Of a DNA stretch of 64,000 nucleotides, positions 52,781 through 62,088 are shown one piece after another (the stretch's first letter is position 1; the number at the start of each line of letters is the position of its first letter). The position numbers were made by a program, and so were the translations under genes. Below the pieces are notes generated by a model. It saw only the letters and a program-made list of their open reading frames with translations. It did not search any database and was not told the DNA's origin. Source of the stretch: Promethearchaeati archaeon SRVP18_Atabeyarchaeia-1 (lineage in GTDB: Archaea > Asgardarchaeota > Atabeyarchaeia > Atabeyarchaeales > Atabeyarchaeaceae); NCBI GenBank assembly GCA_037308085.1, contig CP147779.1, positions 1,536,001-1,600,000 on the forward strand, written 5' to 3'.

Positions 52781-53548
52781 ATGATGCGATTCTTGGGCAA
52801 ACATGTTTATTCGGAGCAGTTCAAACGGTCTCTTGCGATCGTCAAGAAGAACATACGGATCTACTACTCTAAGGGGCCCGTAATCACTTTTGGTCTTCTG
52901 ATACCATTCTTTCTTTTTCTTTCGTTCTATATTGGGAGGAGTTCAAGTGTTGAGGATTTGATACCCGGGTTGCTTGCAATAACTGTCTTCTTCACAGCTA
53001 GCTCGGTGGGGCCCGCAATAGTTCCTTGGGAAGCGAGATCAAAGACTCTCGAGAGGCTCGTATCCTGTCCCGTCTCAATCTGGACGATCTTTGTCGGCGA
53101 CATGCTTTCATCCTTCCTGTTCGGGGCCATTATCTCAGTATTTCCTGTGATCATCGGCTTGTTGCTAGGCGTGGAGATAGCCAGCCCGCTATTGCTTGGA
53201 CTCGGAATAACTGCGGGAGCATTATGTTTTGCAGCTTTGGGAGTGCTCATGTCTGCCTATCCGCCGACAGATGTTCCAGCGACCATAATGATGCTGTCTT
53301 CTATGATCAAGTTTCCGCTGGTTTTTATAAGTGGTATCTTCATTCCCATTCAAGAGCTGCCGGACTGGGGCAGAATAGTCTCCTCATTTTCTCCGTTGAC
53401 ATATTTCACAGATCTGGGGAGGAGCTCAATACAAGGCTACAGCTACTACCCCTATTGGCTGGACATCGTGGTCGTGGTCGCATTCGCAATTGTCTTCTTG
53501 GTCTCAGCCGTGAAACTTCATGAACGCACAATACAGAAACGACTTTGA
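52781..53548 (+). CDS. ABC-2 permease
   Basis: 6 TM helices; FISGIF.P...LP.W, PLTY. Confidence 0.9.
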   Translation: MMRFLGKHVYSEQFKRSLAIVKKNIRIYYSKGPVITFGLLIPFFLFLSFYIGRSSSVEDLIPGLLAITVFFTASSVGPAIVPWEARSKTLERLVSCPVSIWTIFVGDMLSSFLFGAIISVFPVIIGLLLGVEIASPLLLGLGITAGALCFAALGVLMSAYPPTDVPATIMMLSSMIKFPLVFISGIFIPIQELPDWGRIVSSFSPLTYFTDLGRSSIQGYSYYPYWLDIVVVVAFAIVFLVSAVKLHERTIQKRL

Positions 53549-53730
53549 GACGCACAAAGATGAAGCGAATATCCTCTACGAGGAAGAAGAAAAAGGTGCA
53601 CCCTCGCTCGTCCTAGCGCACGGGGCAGCAATCGTCAGCTGGCAGCACGCGACCTCGCTGATTTGTGGAACAGTCCGCTGACTGCCAAGATGGCAGTGAA
53701 GGTGGGCGCTTTGGGGTCTCTGGATGAATC

Positions 53731-54207
53731 TTAATCCTTTTTTGTTTTCTTCCTCTTGTTGTATCTGTACTGGTAGTATCCGAAAGAACTCATCATAATG
53801 AAGAAGGAGACCACAAGCATATTTCCATAGAAGTTTGAGACTAGGTATCCATACCAGTTCAAGCCTATACTTCCGATGAAAAGGAGCAGAAGGTAAACAG
53901 TGAGGCCGATTGGCCAACGGTCAGGATGATGATAGGGCTTCTTTCGAGTGATTAAACGATACCAAAGGTCGTAGACCAGATAGATGATTATGGGTAGTCC
54001 TGCTACCAAACGTCCTGAATCGTTGCCAATTAAGAGGTTCACCACCCAAAGCAGAGTGAAGGGTATCAGCTGGAGACTGAACACAGGGCTCAACTTCCAC
54101 TCCAGCTTTTCGAGTTGGTGAGCACGCAACAGATATACGACTATCAGGAAAGCATAGAAGACCAGCGCAAAGAAGATAACAAGATTATCGATAAGAACTT
54201 TATCCAT
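53731..54207 (-). CDS. Membrane protein
   Basis: About 5 TM helices, basic C-terminus. Confidence 0.65.
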   Translation of the reverse strand: MDKVLIDNLVIFFALVFYAFLIVVYLLRAHQLEKLEWKLSPVFSLQLIPFTLLWVVNLLIGNDSGRLVAGLPIIIYLVYDLWYRLITRKKPYHHPDRWPIGLTVYLLLLFIGSIGLNWYGYLVSNFYGNMLVVSFFIMMSSFGYYQYRYNKRKKTKKD

Positions 54208-54565
54208 GAGACAGAGCCAACCTGATATTTGACAAGAATTGAGGATAAGAATGTTAGAGTCTGGGGATTCAATACGGTCCTAACTGTGCATATAACGTTT
54301 TCAAGCGCGCGATTTATCTCTTTTTCTTCTGCTGCTTCCTGCTGCTACGTTGAAGCGCTCTACTAGGATAACTACGATGATGGCTCAGTCAGGGACTGCA
54401 CCGAAAGACTCTGGCACCAAGCAGTGTTTGAGTGTAGTTCCCCTATAGCGCGCGCTCATAGAAGGGGGGGATGAGAGTTCTTGATGTCCACATAGGTATG
54501 CCTTTAATACTTTGTTGAGTCAAGGTTTTGCAGAGTTCGAGAAGTTGTACGGGCTGGTTCTGAGC

Positions 54566-55147
54566 ATGACAAGAAAGAAGGTTGGAAGCAAGCCTCTCCT
54601 TTTCCCATTCCCGGTCACGATAGTCGGGGCAGATGTCGGTGGAAAACCAAACTTCATGGCGATCGGATACATTGGAATAATCGATGACACACCATCCATG
54701 ATCGCACTAGGATCACTAAAGAGCCATTACACAAACAGAGGCATCATTGAAAACAAGACCTTCTCTGTCAACATCCCAACAGAAGAGATGCTCCAAATCA
54801 CCGACTATGTAGGGACAATCTCCAGGGAGAAGGTAGACAAGTCGAAGCTATTCGATGTCTTCTACGGTAGGCTGAAGAACGCACCAATGATAGAGCAGTG
54901 CCCAGTCAACCTTGAATGCAAGGTTCTCGATATCCTAGAAAAAGGGGGCACGTATTACAACATCATTGGCGAGATTGTTGAATCTTATGTTGACGAGAAA
55001 TACGTGACTGGAAAGTACCCGGACATCGAGAAGATGAAACCTATGGTCTTCTCAGTAGCCGGCGCCAAGTACTACTCAATTGGCAAGTACCTTGGAACTA
55101 TGGGGAGCGCGAGCAAGGACTTCAAACGCGAGATAAAAAAGCAATAG
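54566..55147 (+). CDS. Flavin reductase (flavoredoxin) family
   Basis: FP.PVTIVG, HYT...I....FSVNIP, APMI..CPVNLEC. Confidence 0.88.
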   Translation: MTRKKVGSKPLLFPFPVTIVGADVGGKPNFMAIGYIGIIDDTPSMIALGSLKSHYTNRGIIENKTFSVNIPTEEMLQITDYVGTISREKVDKSKLFDVFYGRLKNAPMIEQCPVNLECKVLDILEKGGTYYNIIGEIVESYVDEKYVTGKYPDIEKMKPMVFSVAGAKYYSIGKYLGTMGSASKDFKREIKKQ

Positions 55148-55377
55148 CCTTCAGCAGCGCGCGCTAATTGAAACCAGAGCCAGGCGGAGAGGATGGTGTG
55201 GTGGCACTTCTCAGATAATATTTCGCAGAGACTAGCAGAGAGATCAGAAGAGGCGATGTGGAGCTACCCTAGACGCATAATGCATGGTCTCGGTATTGAG
55301 CGGTCAGCCAGACGCTCAAAAGTAATATCAATAGTGCAGATCGGAGGGGCGAGAGAACGGAAAAAATACCGCCGTCT

Positions 55378-56139
55378 TTGGCGAAATCGGGCGCGAAGGA
55401 AATACTAGAACGAATGAAATCAATCTCAGGAGGAAAAGTCTTAGATGTCTGCACGGGAAGCGGTGATTTCATTCAAGCCTTGGTACAGACCCTGAAGGAT
55501 TTTGTTTCCTTCGTAGGAGTTGACGTGTCAGAGAGGGATTTGGAAGCTGGAAAAAAGCGCTTTGTGGGCAGACCTGTAGAGTTTAGGAAAATGGATGCAA
55601 GGATTCTGGAATTCCAAGAAAACAGTTTTGACACTGTCACCATGGCCAATTCAATGCACCATCTTGACGAAGTAGGGAAAGGGCTGGATGAAATGAAACG
55701 TGTTTTGAAGCCCGGAGGGTACCTTATCGTCAATGAGCCATATTGTGATGGTAGGCAAAACGAAGCGCAGAAGACAGACATACTCAAACATCACTGGACT
55801 TCTGAGATTGATTCATTGTTGGGAATCACTCATCATTACACATTCACCAAAAAAGAGATCAAAAGGTTGATCGCTAGGCTTGGATTAAGGGATTTCGAGA
55901 CGCTTGATTCCGCGCGCTATGTCAAATGCTTGTATTGCGAACGAATGTATGAGTGCGAAGACCCAAGAAGTGAAAACCACCTCAAAGACATGATAAAGGA
56001 GATCAACGAAGATCTCGAGCGCTTGAAGACACACCCCGAAGCGAGAAAACTAGGACAGGAGGGCGAGAAGCTGAAGGAGAGAGTCAAGAAAGTCGGCTCC
56101 GCGGACGCCTCAAGCCTGTTTCTCATTGGTACTAAGTGA
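55378..56139 (+). CDS. Class I SAM-dependent methyltransferase
   Basis: VLDVCTGSG, SFDTV, RVLKPGG; extra CLYC....EC. Confidence 0.88.
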   Translation: MAKSGAKEILERMKSISGGKVLDVCTGSGDFIQALVQTLKDFVSFVGVDVSERDLEAGKKRFVGRPVEFRKMDARILEFQENSFDTVTMANSMHHLDEVGKGLDEMKRVLKPGGYLIVNEPYCDGRQNEAQKTDILKHHWTSEIDSLLGITHHYTFTKKEIKRLIARLGLRDFETLDSARYVKCLYCERMYECEDPRSENHLKDMIKEINEDLERLKTHPEARKLGQEGEKLKERVKKVGSADASSLFLIGTK

Positions 56140-56540
56140 CAGCCCCCCTAGTTCTCTTCGGTCACTTCTTGGGTTTGCGCAGATACTCTGGAATTGGAAC
56201 ATCCCTGCTCATGATCCAAAATCGAGGAGAGGAGGGTGAGATAGCTGTCCGCAACTTCCAAGTAGAGCCAAGTGGAATGATCCTTGAAGCAGTTTCGGGA
56301 GGAAATTGACACGAGGACTGCGCGCTCCTTTCTGGGAAAGACGGCACCGAAAGACTCAAAGACTCGCCAGTATTTGAGTCCAAGTTTCCTCCAAACACTT
56401 CTTTTTGAAAAAGAGCTTTCAGCTCTGATTCAGACTGACCTTGATCAGTCTTAAGAGAAGCATGCAGTGCAGAGAAAACGAGGTTTATCGACGTTGGCAG
56501 ATTCTCGACAATTCAAGTGTCTCAACCCCGTCGAGCTCTC

Positions 56541-56804
56541 TCAGGGTCGGTAGACTCTCTTTCTGAGGTCCAGATTAACCAAGACTATTATGCTCTCTTT
56601 TTCGTAGATCTTGAATAGTGCTCTATACTTTCCAAGGCGCAATCTGAAGGTATCCTCTTCTCCAGCAATCTTGACAATGTCCAGTTTGGCACTCGGAAAG
56701 TCTTCGAGTTCTCTGAGCTTTTCTATTACCCGTGTCCTACTGCTGGCATCCAGCCTCCCAATAGCTGATTCAACTTTTCTGTGAAGTAGAACCCTGAACT
56801 TCAT
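56541..56804 (-). CDS. RelE/ParE-family toxin
   Basis: FRLRLGKYRALF, R..VY. Confidence 0.85.
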   Translation of the reverse strand: MKFRVLLHRKVESAIGRLDASSRTRVIEKLRELEDFPSAKLDIVKIAGEEDTFRLRLGKYRALFKIYEKESIIVLVNLDLRKRVYRP

Positions 56805-57018
56805 CGAGAGGCGTCAACTCACTCAATTTCCTTTCCTTGATCATATTGTCAGCTTCTCTGAGCAGTCTGTATTCTTCTGGTGTCAAGAAGACGTCTTCAA
56901 GGAACTCGCGCAATTCATCGATCTTTCTGTCGATCTCCTTGACTTTGTTTAGAACTGATGAACTCGTGGAAACCACCAATCCAGAGTTAATGGAGCGTGT
57001 CTTAAAAAGTCTTCCCAA
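56770..57018 (-). CDS. Putative cognate antitoxin (true start probably downstream of 57018)
   Basis: Small acidic protein (LTPEE..LDEV) overlapping the toxin start. Confidence 0.65.
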   Translation of the reverse strand: MGRLFKTRSINSGLVVSTSSSVLNKVKEIDRKIDELREFLEDVFLTPEEYRLLREADNMIKERKLSELTPLDEVQGSTSQKS

Positions 57019-57477
57019 CCCAGTCGCTGTTTCATCAAACCACTGTGAAGCATTCAGACAGTCTTGGAAAGCTATTGCTCAACCGCTGGAACAGTCTTAG
57101 GCTAAGCTTTTGTTGTTTTCAGTTGGCTTAAGATTCTTGAGCCCCAACGAAAGACTCAAAGACTCGACAGTATTTGAGTCCAGTTCACCGTCAGCCCATC
57201 TTTTTGACTCGAAGGCTTGTTGCTGTGCCTCATACAGGTTCCTAGGGTAACGCCTCCGTCAGTAGGCGCTTCTGGCGTTGTCAAGGGTCGAAGAAGATAG
57301 CCTCGAAGAACTTGGAGTTGCAAGCCCATAAGCATTAACTGCGCGTAACATACCTATCTGATGGACTCAATAGAATAGCCATAACTATTTAATTCGAAAA
57401 GTCCAATGATTACTTGAAGTAAGCTATGATGAAAGAGAAACGTTGGCTTAAGAAAGGTTGGAAGTGAAGTCAAAGAT

Positions 57478-57684
57478 ATGCGTCAAGTTATCCTTTATCT
57501 TGGCGAAGATGGCTACTGGGTTGCTGACTGCTCCAGTCTACCTGGATGTGTTAGCCAAGGCAAGACAAAGGAAGAGGCTATCGCCAATATTAAGGAGGCC
57601 ATCCAAGGTTACATCGAAGCATTGCAGGATGACAATATGCCTGTGCCTGCTGAGCATTTTGAGGCTATCGTGGTGGCAGTATGA
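57478..57684 (+). CDS. hicB: HicB antitoxin
   Basis: EDGYW.A....LPGC.SQG.T.EEA..NIKEAI. Confidence 0.9.
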   Translation: MRQVILYLGEDGYWVADCSSLPGCVSQGKTKEEAIANIKEAIQGYIEALQDDNMPVPAEHFEAIVVAV

Positions 57685-57902
57685 GCAAACTACCCCTCAT
57701 CTCGGGTCGTAAGTGCGTAAAGGCGCTGGAAAAGACGAATTTCTATATCAAGAGGCAAAGCGGAAGTCACATAATCCTGCGCCGCGACGATCCTTTCACT
57801 CAAGTTGTAGTCCCTGATCATAAAGAGCTCGACTGAGGAACTCTGCTAGCCATCATAAAACATGCCGGTCTGACAGTCGAAGACTTTATGAAGCTTCTTT
57901 AG
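57681..57902 (+). pseudogene. hicA: HicA toxin with an in-frame TGA
   Basis: MSKLP..SG...KAL....RQSGSH....VVVPDHKELD*GTL..I...AGL; TGA at 57834-57836. Confidence 0.88.
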
Positions 57903-58297
57903 AATAGAACTTGTGCGGGTCTTGCCAGATTCACCGCACCAAGGTCATTTGCTGGATGCCCGCGCCGAAAGACTCAAATACCAAGATTCTCACTAACTTG
58001 TAAGGACGGCTCAGATTTGAGATCCGTTGAGGTGAACCACAAGATGGTTTGGAGGGATATACAAACCACGGTCTGAGTATCAGGAACTTGTTTTGTTATG
58101 TGGTTACTCCGCCAGTAGTGGTTCCCGTCGCCTTCACCAGTTCTGCATGATTTCCTCCGCTGCGATACCTCTTTCTCCATTTCGTATTATAGAAGAAGCT
58201 AGAAGAGAGCTTTTTTCAGAGGAGGTTATCTTTGTGAACCAACGTGGACAGAGGCAGAGATGGAAACGAGGAGCCGTTAAGGAGATGAATAAGCAGA

Positions 58298-60220
58298 ATG
58301 TCTAAGAAGCAGAAAGAATCAGTAGGAGTCGTGGAACTCACTTTCCCTGATGGTTCGAAGAAGCAGTACCCTAAGGGGGCAACTGCCCTTGAAGTCGCGG
58401 GCAGCATCGGCCCTAGACTTGCTGCAGACGCAATAGCGGCGAAGCTCGATGGGCTACCAGTCGACCTCAACATGCCAATCGAGAAGAACTGCAGGTTCGA
58501 GATTCTCACTTGGGAGTCGAAGGATGGGAAGGAGGTTTTAAGACACTCAGCCGCACATGTGCTCGCTCACGCTGTGATAGAACTGTACCCGAAGGCTCTG
58601 ACAACGATTGGACCCGCCGTTGAGGACGGCTTCTATTATGACTTCGATATGCAACCGCTCAGCTCTGAAGATCTTTCGAAGATCGAGGCAAAGATGAATG
58701 AGATCATCAAGGCAGATCTTCCGTTCAAGAGAACGGTCGTGCCGAAGAAGAAGGCTATCGAGCTCTTCAAGGGAAATAAGTACAAGATCGAGCTGATCAA
58801 TGAACTTGGCGGTGACCAGGTCTCGGTTTACGAGCAGGGTGGATTCAAAGACTTCTGCAGAGGGCCCCACGTTCTTAGCACCGGCAAGATAGGTGCAGTG
58901 AAACTCAGGAAGGTGGCTGGGGCATACTGGCATGCAGACGCCAAGAACCAGCAGCTCCAGAGAATCTATGGGGTTGTGTTTCCGTCGGAGAAGATGCTCA
59001 AAGACTATTTGCACATGCTTGAGGAAGCAGAGAAGAGAGACCACAGGAAACTGGGTCGCGAGTTGGATCTATTCAGCCTGCATGAAGAAGGTCCGGGCAT
59101 GCCTTTCTTCTTGCCCCGTGGTCTAGCTCTGAAAAGCAAGCTCATTGAACTGGAAAGAGAAGAGCACAGGAAAAGAGGGTACGTCGAGATACAGACGCCA
59201 CAGATCCTAAGCAGCAGCCTTTGGACACACTCAGGCCATATGTCCTACTACAAGGACAACATGTATTTCACGGAGATCGAAGGTGCCCAGTTTGTAGTGA
59301 AGCCAATGAACTGCCCTGGAGGATTGCTGGTCTACAATGAGAAGAAACATAGTTATCGGGAGCTGCCACTTCGTGTAGCTGAGTTTGGAATGGTACACAG
59401 GAACGAGCTATCGGGAACATTGTCAGGGTTATTCAGAGTGAGATGCTTCACACAGGATGATGCCCACATCTTCATGGCTCCGGAACAGGTCCGCGACGAA
59501 GTCACAAGGCTGATTGACTTCGTAGGAGATATGTACAGGATCTTTGGGTTCGATTTCCATGTTGAGCTCAGCACACGACCGGCGAACTCAATAGGGACGG
59601 ACGAGGCATGGGAGCAGGCTACTAATGGGCTTAAAGATGCGCTTGAGCACAAGAAGATGAAGTACAAGATCAACCTGGGCGATGGTGCCTTCTACGGACC
59701 GAAAGTCGACTTTCACATCAAGGACGCCATTGGCAGGACATGGCAGTGCGCAACGATCCAGCTCGACATGAACTTGCCCGAACTATTCGACATAAACTAC
59801 GTGGGTGAAGACGGGAAGGAACACCGGTGCGTCATGATACACAGAACAATCTTTGGGAGCCTAGAGCGATTCATGGGAATCCTCATCGAGCACTACGCTG
59901 GAAAATTCCCGCTGTGGCTCAATCCGCTGCAAGTGATGATAGTCAATGTCGCTGAAAGGCACTCGGAAGCCTGCGCTGAACTAAAAGAGACACTCGCCCA
60001 GAAAGGGATACAGGCACAAGTCGATCTACGCAACGAGACGGTCGAGGCAAAGATAAGAGACGCCCACCTCCAGAAGGCCAACTACATTCTGGTGGTGGGG
60101 GACAAGGAAGTAAGGGACGGCACGGTGACGGCGAGAACGAGAGATAACGTTGTTCTAGGATCAGTGAAGACAAATGACTTCATAGATAAGGTGCAGGAAG
60201 AGATCAGGGAAAGGAAGTAG
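58298..60220 (+). CDS. thrS: Threonyl-tRNA synthetase (bacterial type, TGS plus editing domain)
   Basis: HSAAH, CRGPH, RDHRKLG, KPMNCP, QDDAH, GSLERF. Confidence 0.97.
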   Translation: MSKKQKESVGVVELTFPDGSKKQYPKGATALEVAGSIGPRLAADAIAAKLDGLPVDLNMPIEKNCRFEILTWESKDGKEVLRHSAAHVLAHAVIELYPKALTTIGPAVEDGFYYDFDMQPLSSEDLSKIEAKMNEIIKADLPFKRTVVPKKKAIELFKGNKYKIELINELGGDQVSVYEQGGFKDFCRGPHVLSTGKIGAVKLRKVAGAYWHADAKNQQLQRIYGVVFPSEKMLKDYLHMLEEAEKRDHRKLGRELDLFSLHEEGPGMPFFLPRGLALKSKLIELEREEHRKRGYVEIQTPQILSSSLWTHSGHMSYYKDNMYFTEIEGAQFVVKPMNCPGGLLVYNEKKHSYRELPLRVAEFGMVHRNELSGTLSGLFRVRCFTQDDAHIFMAPEQVRDEVTRLIDFVGDMYRIFGFDFHVELSTRPANSIGTDEAWEQATNGLKDALEHKKMKYKINLGDGAFYGPKVDFHIKDAIGRTWQCATIQLDMNLPELFDINYVGEDGKEHRCVMIHRTIFGSLERFMGILIEHYAGKFPLWLNPLQVMIVNVAERHSEACAELKETLAQKGIQAQVDLRNETVEAKIRDAHLQKANYILVVGDKEVRDGTVTARTRDNVVLGSVKTNDFIDKVQEEIRERK

Positions 60221-60250
60221 AGCCACCTGCAAGTGGATCTCCACGGTGCG

Positions 60251-60273
60251 TGGAGCAAAACTCCATTTTTTTT
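60251..60273 (+). terminator. Hairpin plus T-run after thrS
   Basis: TGGAG-CAAAA-CTCCA-T8. Confidence 0.5.
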
Positions 60274-60354
60274 GTGGCATTTTTCTGAGCAAAAATCTTA
60301 ATACAGCTCTTGAGTCTACTTCATTGATGCGGGGAACGGGAGTTTCGGGAGATC

Positions 60355-61212
60355 ATGGACCTGAACGTGCTAGTTGAGAAACTGCGGAATTTCGGCTTGG
60401 TCGAAAATGAGGGAAGAGTCTACGTTGCCTTGGTGCTGAAAAGCCCACAGAGGCCCAGTGAGATAGCGTCGGCAAGTGGAGTGGCGCGAGCAGAGGTGCA
60501 TAGGCATCTTCGCGATCTGGAGAAGAAGGGGTTCTGCGTGGTCGTAGGGGAAAGGGGCAAGAAGTACTCCGCCATCAGCCCAAGCGAGGCGCTGGGTTCA
60601 CTTGTTGAACAGGAAGAGGGTAGAAGGCAACAGATGATCAAGAAGAAGGGCGCCTTGATATCTGAATGGAACTCATCCCAGCATCCATTCAGTTCGATGG
60701 AGACGGCGCCAGAGAGGTTCCAAGTCTTGAGAGACGTGCAGATAGCGCTGGAACGTGGAATCAACTTGGCAATTGAATCCAAGAAGACGTGTAGAGTAGC
60801 GCTCCGCATGTCAACCCTGAAAGAGTTCATTTCCTCGGAGATGCTGCAAACCATCGAGTCTTCGGGGGTACTAGACAGGGTATCGCAGAAGAGTGGAGTG
60901 CATTTCCGCGTGCTGCTTATTTCGCCGACAGATGACGTTATTGGCTTAAGAGAGGTTTTCGAGAAGGTCGAACTTTCCGTCAACGCAGAAGTCAGGTGGA
61001 CAACGTCTCCAATGCTTGAATTCTTCCCAGATGCGGTCATCAAAGACGATGACGAACTGTTAATACATACTCCTCCAGTCAGCAAAATGGAGAACGGGGT
61101 TGCAAAGGAAAGAGGCTCGAAAGCAGTTGTAACTAATGTCGCAGCGATGATCGCATCTTTCATCGCCATGTTTGACCAACACTGGGCCAACGCAGAAGAC
61201 TTGCGTCTCTGA
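60355..61212 (+). CDS. TrmB-family regulator
   Basis: L..FGL..NE..VY..L, L..LEKKG, PLD-like C-terminal domain. Confidence 0.85.
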   Translation: MDLNVLVEKLRNFGLVENEGRVYVALVLKSPQRPSEIASASGVARAEVHRHLRDLEKKGFCVVVGERGKKYSAISPSEALGSLVEQEEGRRQQMIKKKGALISEWNSSQHPFSSMETAPERFQVLRDVQIALERGINLAIESKKTCRVALRMSTLKEFISSEMLQTIESSGVLDRVSQKSGVHFRVLLISPTDDVIGLREVFEKVELSVNAEVRWTTSPMLEFFPDAVIKDDDELLIHTPPVSKMENGVAKERGSKAVVTNVAAMIASFIAMFDQHWANAEDLRL

Positions 61213-61260
61213 GATTAGGGGTGTAGACCTTTGGATTGCTATTGAGGAGGGAACTTTGAT

Positions 61261-62040
61261 ATGGAAGCAGAAGACTTGGAGAAGGAGCTGGAATACTACG
61301 GCTTGTCTAAGAAGGAGTCAATGATTTATCTGTACCTCCTCATAGGCGGGTCAAAGGAGGTCTCTGAGATATCACACGGACTGTCAATAAACAAAGCTGA
61401 TATCTACAAATACCTTAAGGAGCTTGAGGGAAAAGGAATATGCAAGGAGATACTCATCCACCCCTCAAAATTCGAGGCATCTCCCTTGGAAGAAGCCCTG
61501 AGCTCCTTGATAACGAAGCAGGGCCAAAAAGTGGAATCCCTATCTAGGACCAAGGATGAGATTGTGTCTGCTGTGGGCGTAATCTTCCCGCCGACCTCTG
61601 AACCGAAATTCCAGATCCTGCAGGGAAGAGAGCCGACAACCAACAAAATCAGGCGAATCAGAAGGAGCTCCATTGACGCGATGATCTATGTGCGTGAAAG
61701 AACGTTGATGTTTCTCCATATGCTGGGCTTGCTAGATGTGTCACACGTTTCTGAGGGGCTGTCAATTAGAATCTTGTCAAAGTTGACGCCCAAGACAATG
61801 GAGATAGTGAAAGAGTATAAGCACTGCAAGTTCAGGAATATTCGTGAAGAAGCGGACTCTAACCTGCCTGAATTTGCCGTCTTCGACAAGAAGGAGGTTC
61901 TCGTGGCGCTTTCCGTAAGCGACAGAAGCGCCATAATCGATAAGGATGAACTGGCAATGTGGACAGACAGCGAAGCGCCAGTTTCGCTGGTTGTAGCTCT
62001 GTTTGAGAAGATGTGGACCGACGCCGAGGAACCAAAGTAA
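61261..62040 (+). CDS. TrmB-family regulator (tandem paralogue)
   Basis: GLSKKE..IY..LL, L..LEGKG, FAVFDKKE, LFEKMW. Confidence 0.85.
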   Translation: MEAEDLEKELEYYGLSKKESMIYLYLLIGGSKEVSEISHGLSINKADIYKYLKELEGKGICKEILIHPSKFEASPLEEALSSLITKQGQKVESLSRTKDEIVSAVGVIFPPTSEPKFQILQGREPTTNKIRRIRRSSIDAMIYVRERTLMFLHMLGLLDVSHVSEGLSIRILSKLTPKTMEIVKEYKHCKFRNIREEADSNLPEFAVFDKKEVLVALSVSDRSAIIDKDELAMWTDSEAPVSLVVALFEKMWTDAEEPK

Positions 62041-62088
62041 CTGAAGCAAGCCAAGTCACAGGCAGACGATGGTCCCCGTATCCTTCGC

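Larger units (their letters stand above)
1225..55165. repeat. Dispersed 10-bp palindrome AGCGCGCGCT, at least 8 perfect copies (1225, 10038, 14655, 47751, 47879, 49391, 54447, 55156)
   Basis: Read directly. All copies are intergenic or at gene-fragment junctions. Near-matches at 54304 and 50918. Confidence 0.9.
40598..57982 (+). repeat. Dispersed 33-bp repeat CGAAA-GACTCAAAGAC-N6-GTATTTGAGTC. Full copies at 40598, 49335, 54402 (divergent), 56348, 57148; partial copies at 47723, 57966
   Basis: Read directly. Same orientation, all intergenic, 11-6-11 imperfect inverted repeat. Confidence 0.92.

Noticed and set aside
55378-56139. Methyltransferase as ArsM
   Set aside because: The Cys pattern does not clearly match ArsM, and the gene lies in a different module with no ArsR-type operator seen.
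40598-57982. 33-bp repeats as a CRISPR array
   Set aside because: Copies are 0.8-7 kb apart with genes between them; no regular spacers and no cas genes.
60420-61190. Long antisense ORFs (also 43341..44000, 16051..16530 and others)
   Set aside because: Shadow ORFs opposite well-supported genes.
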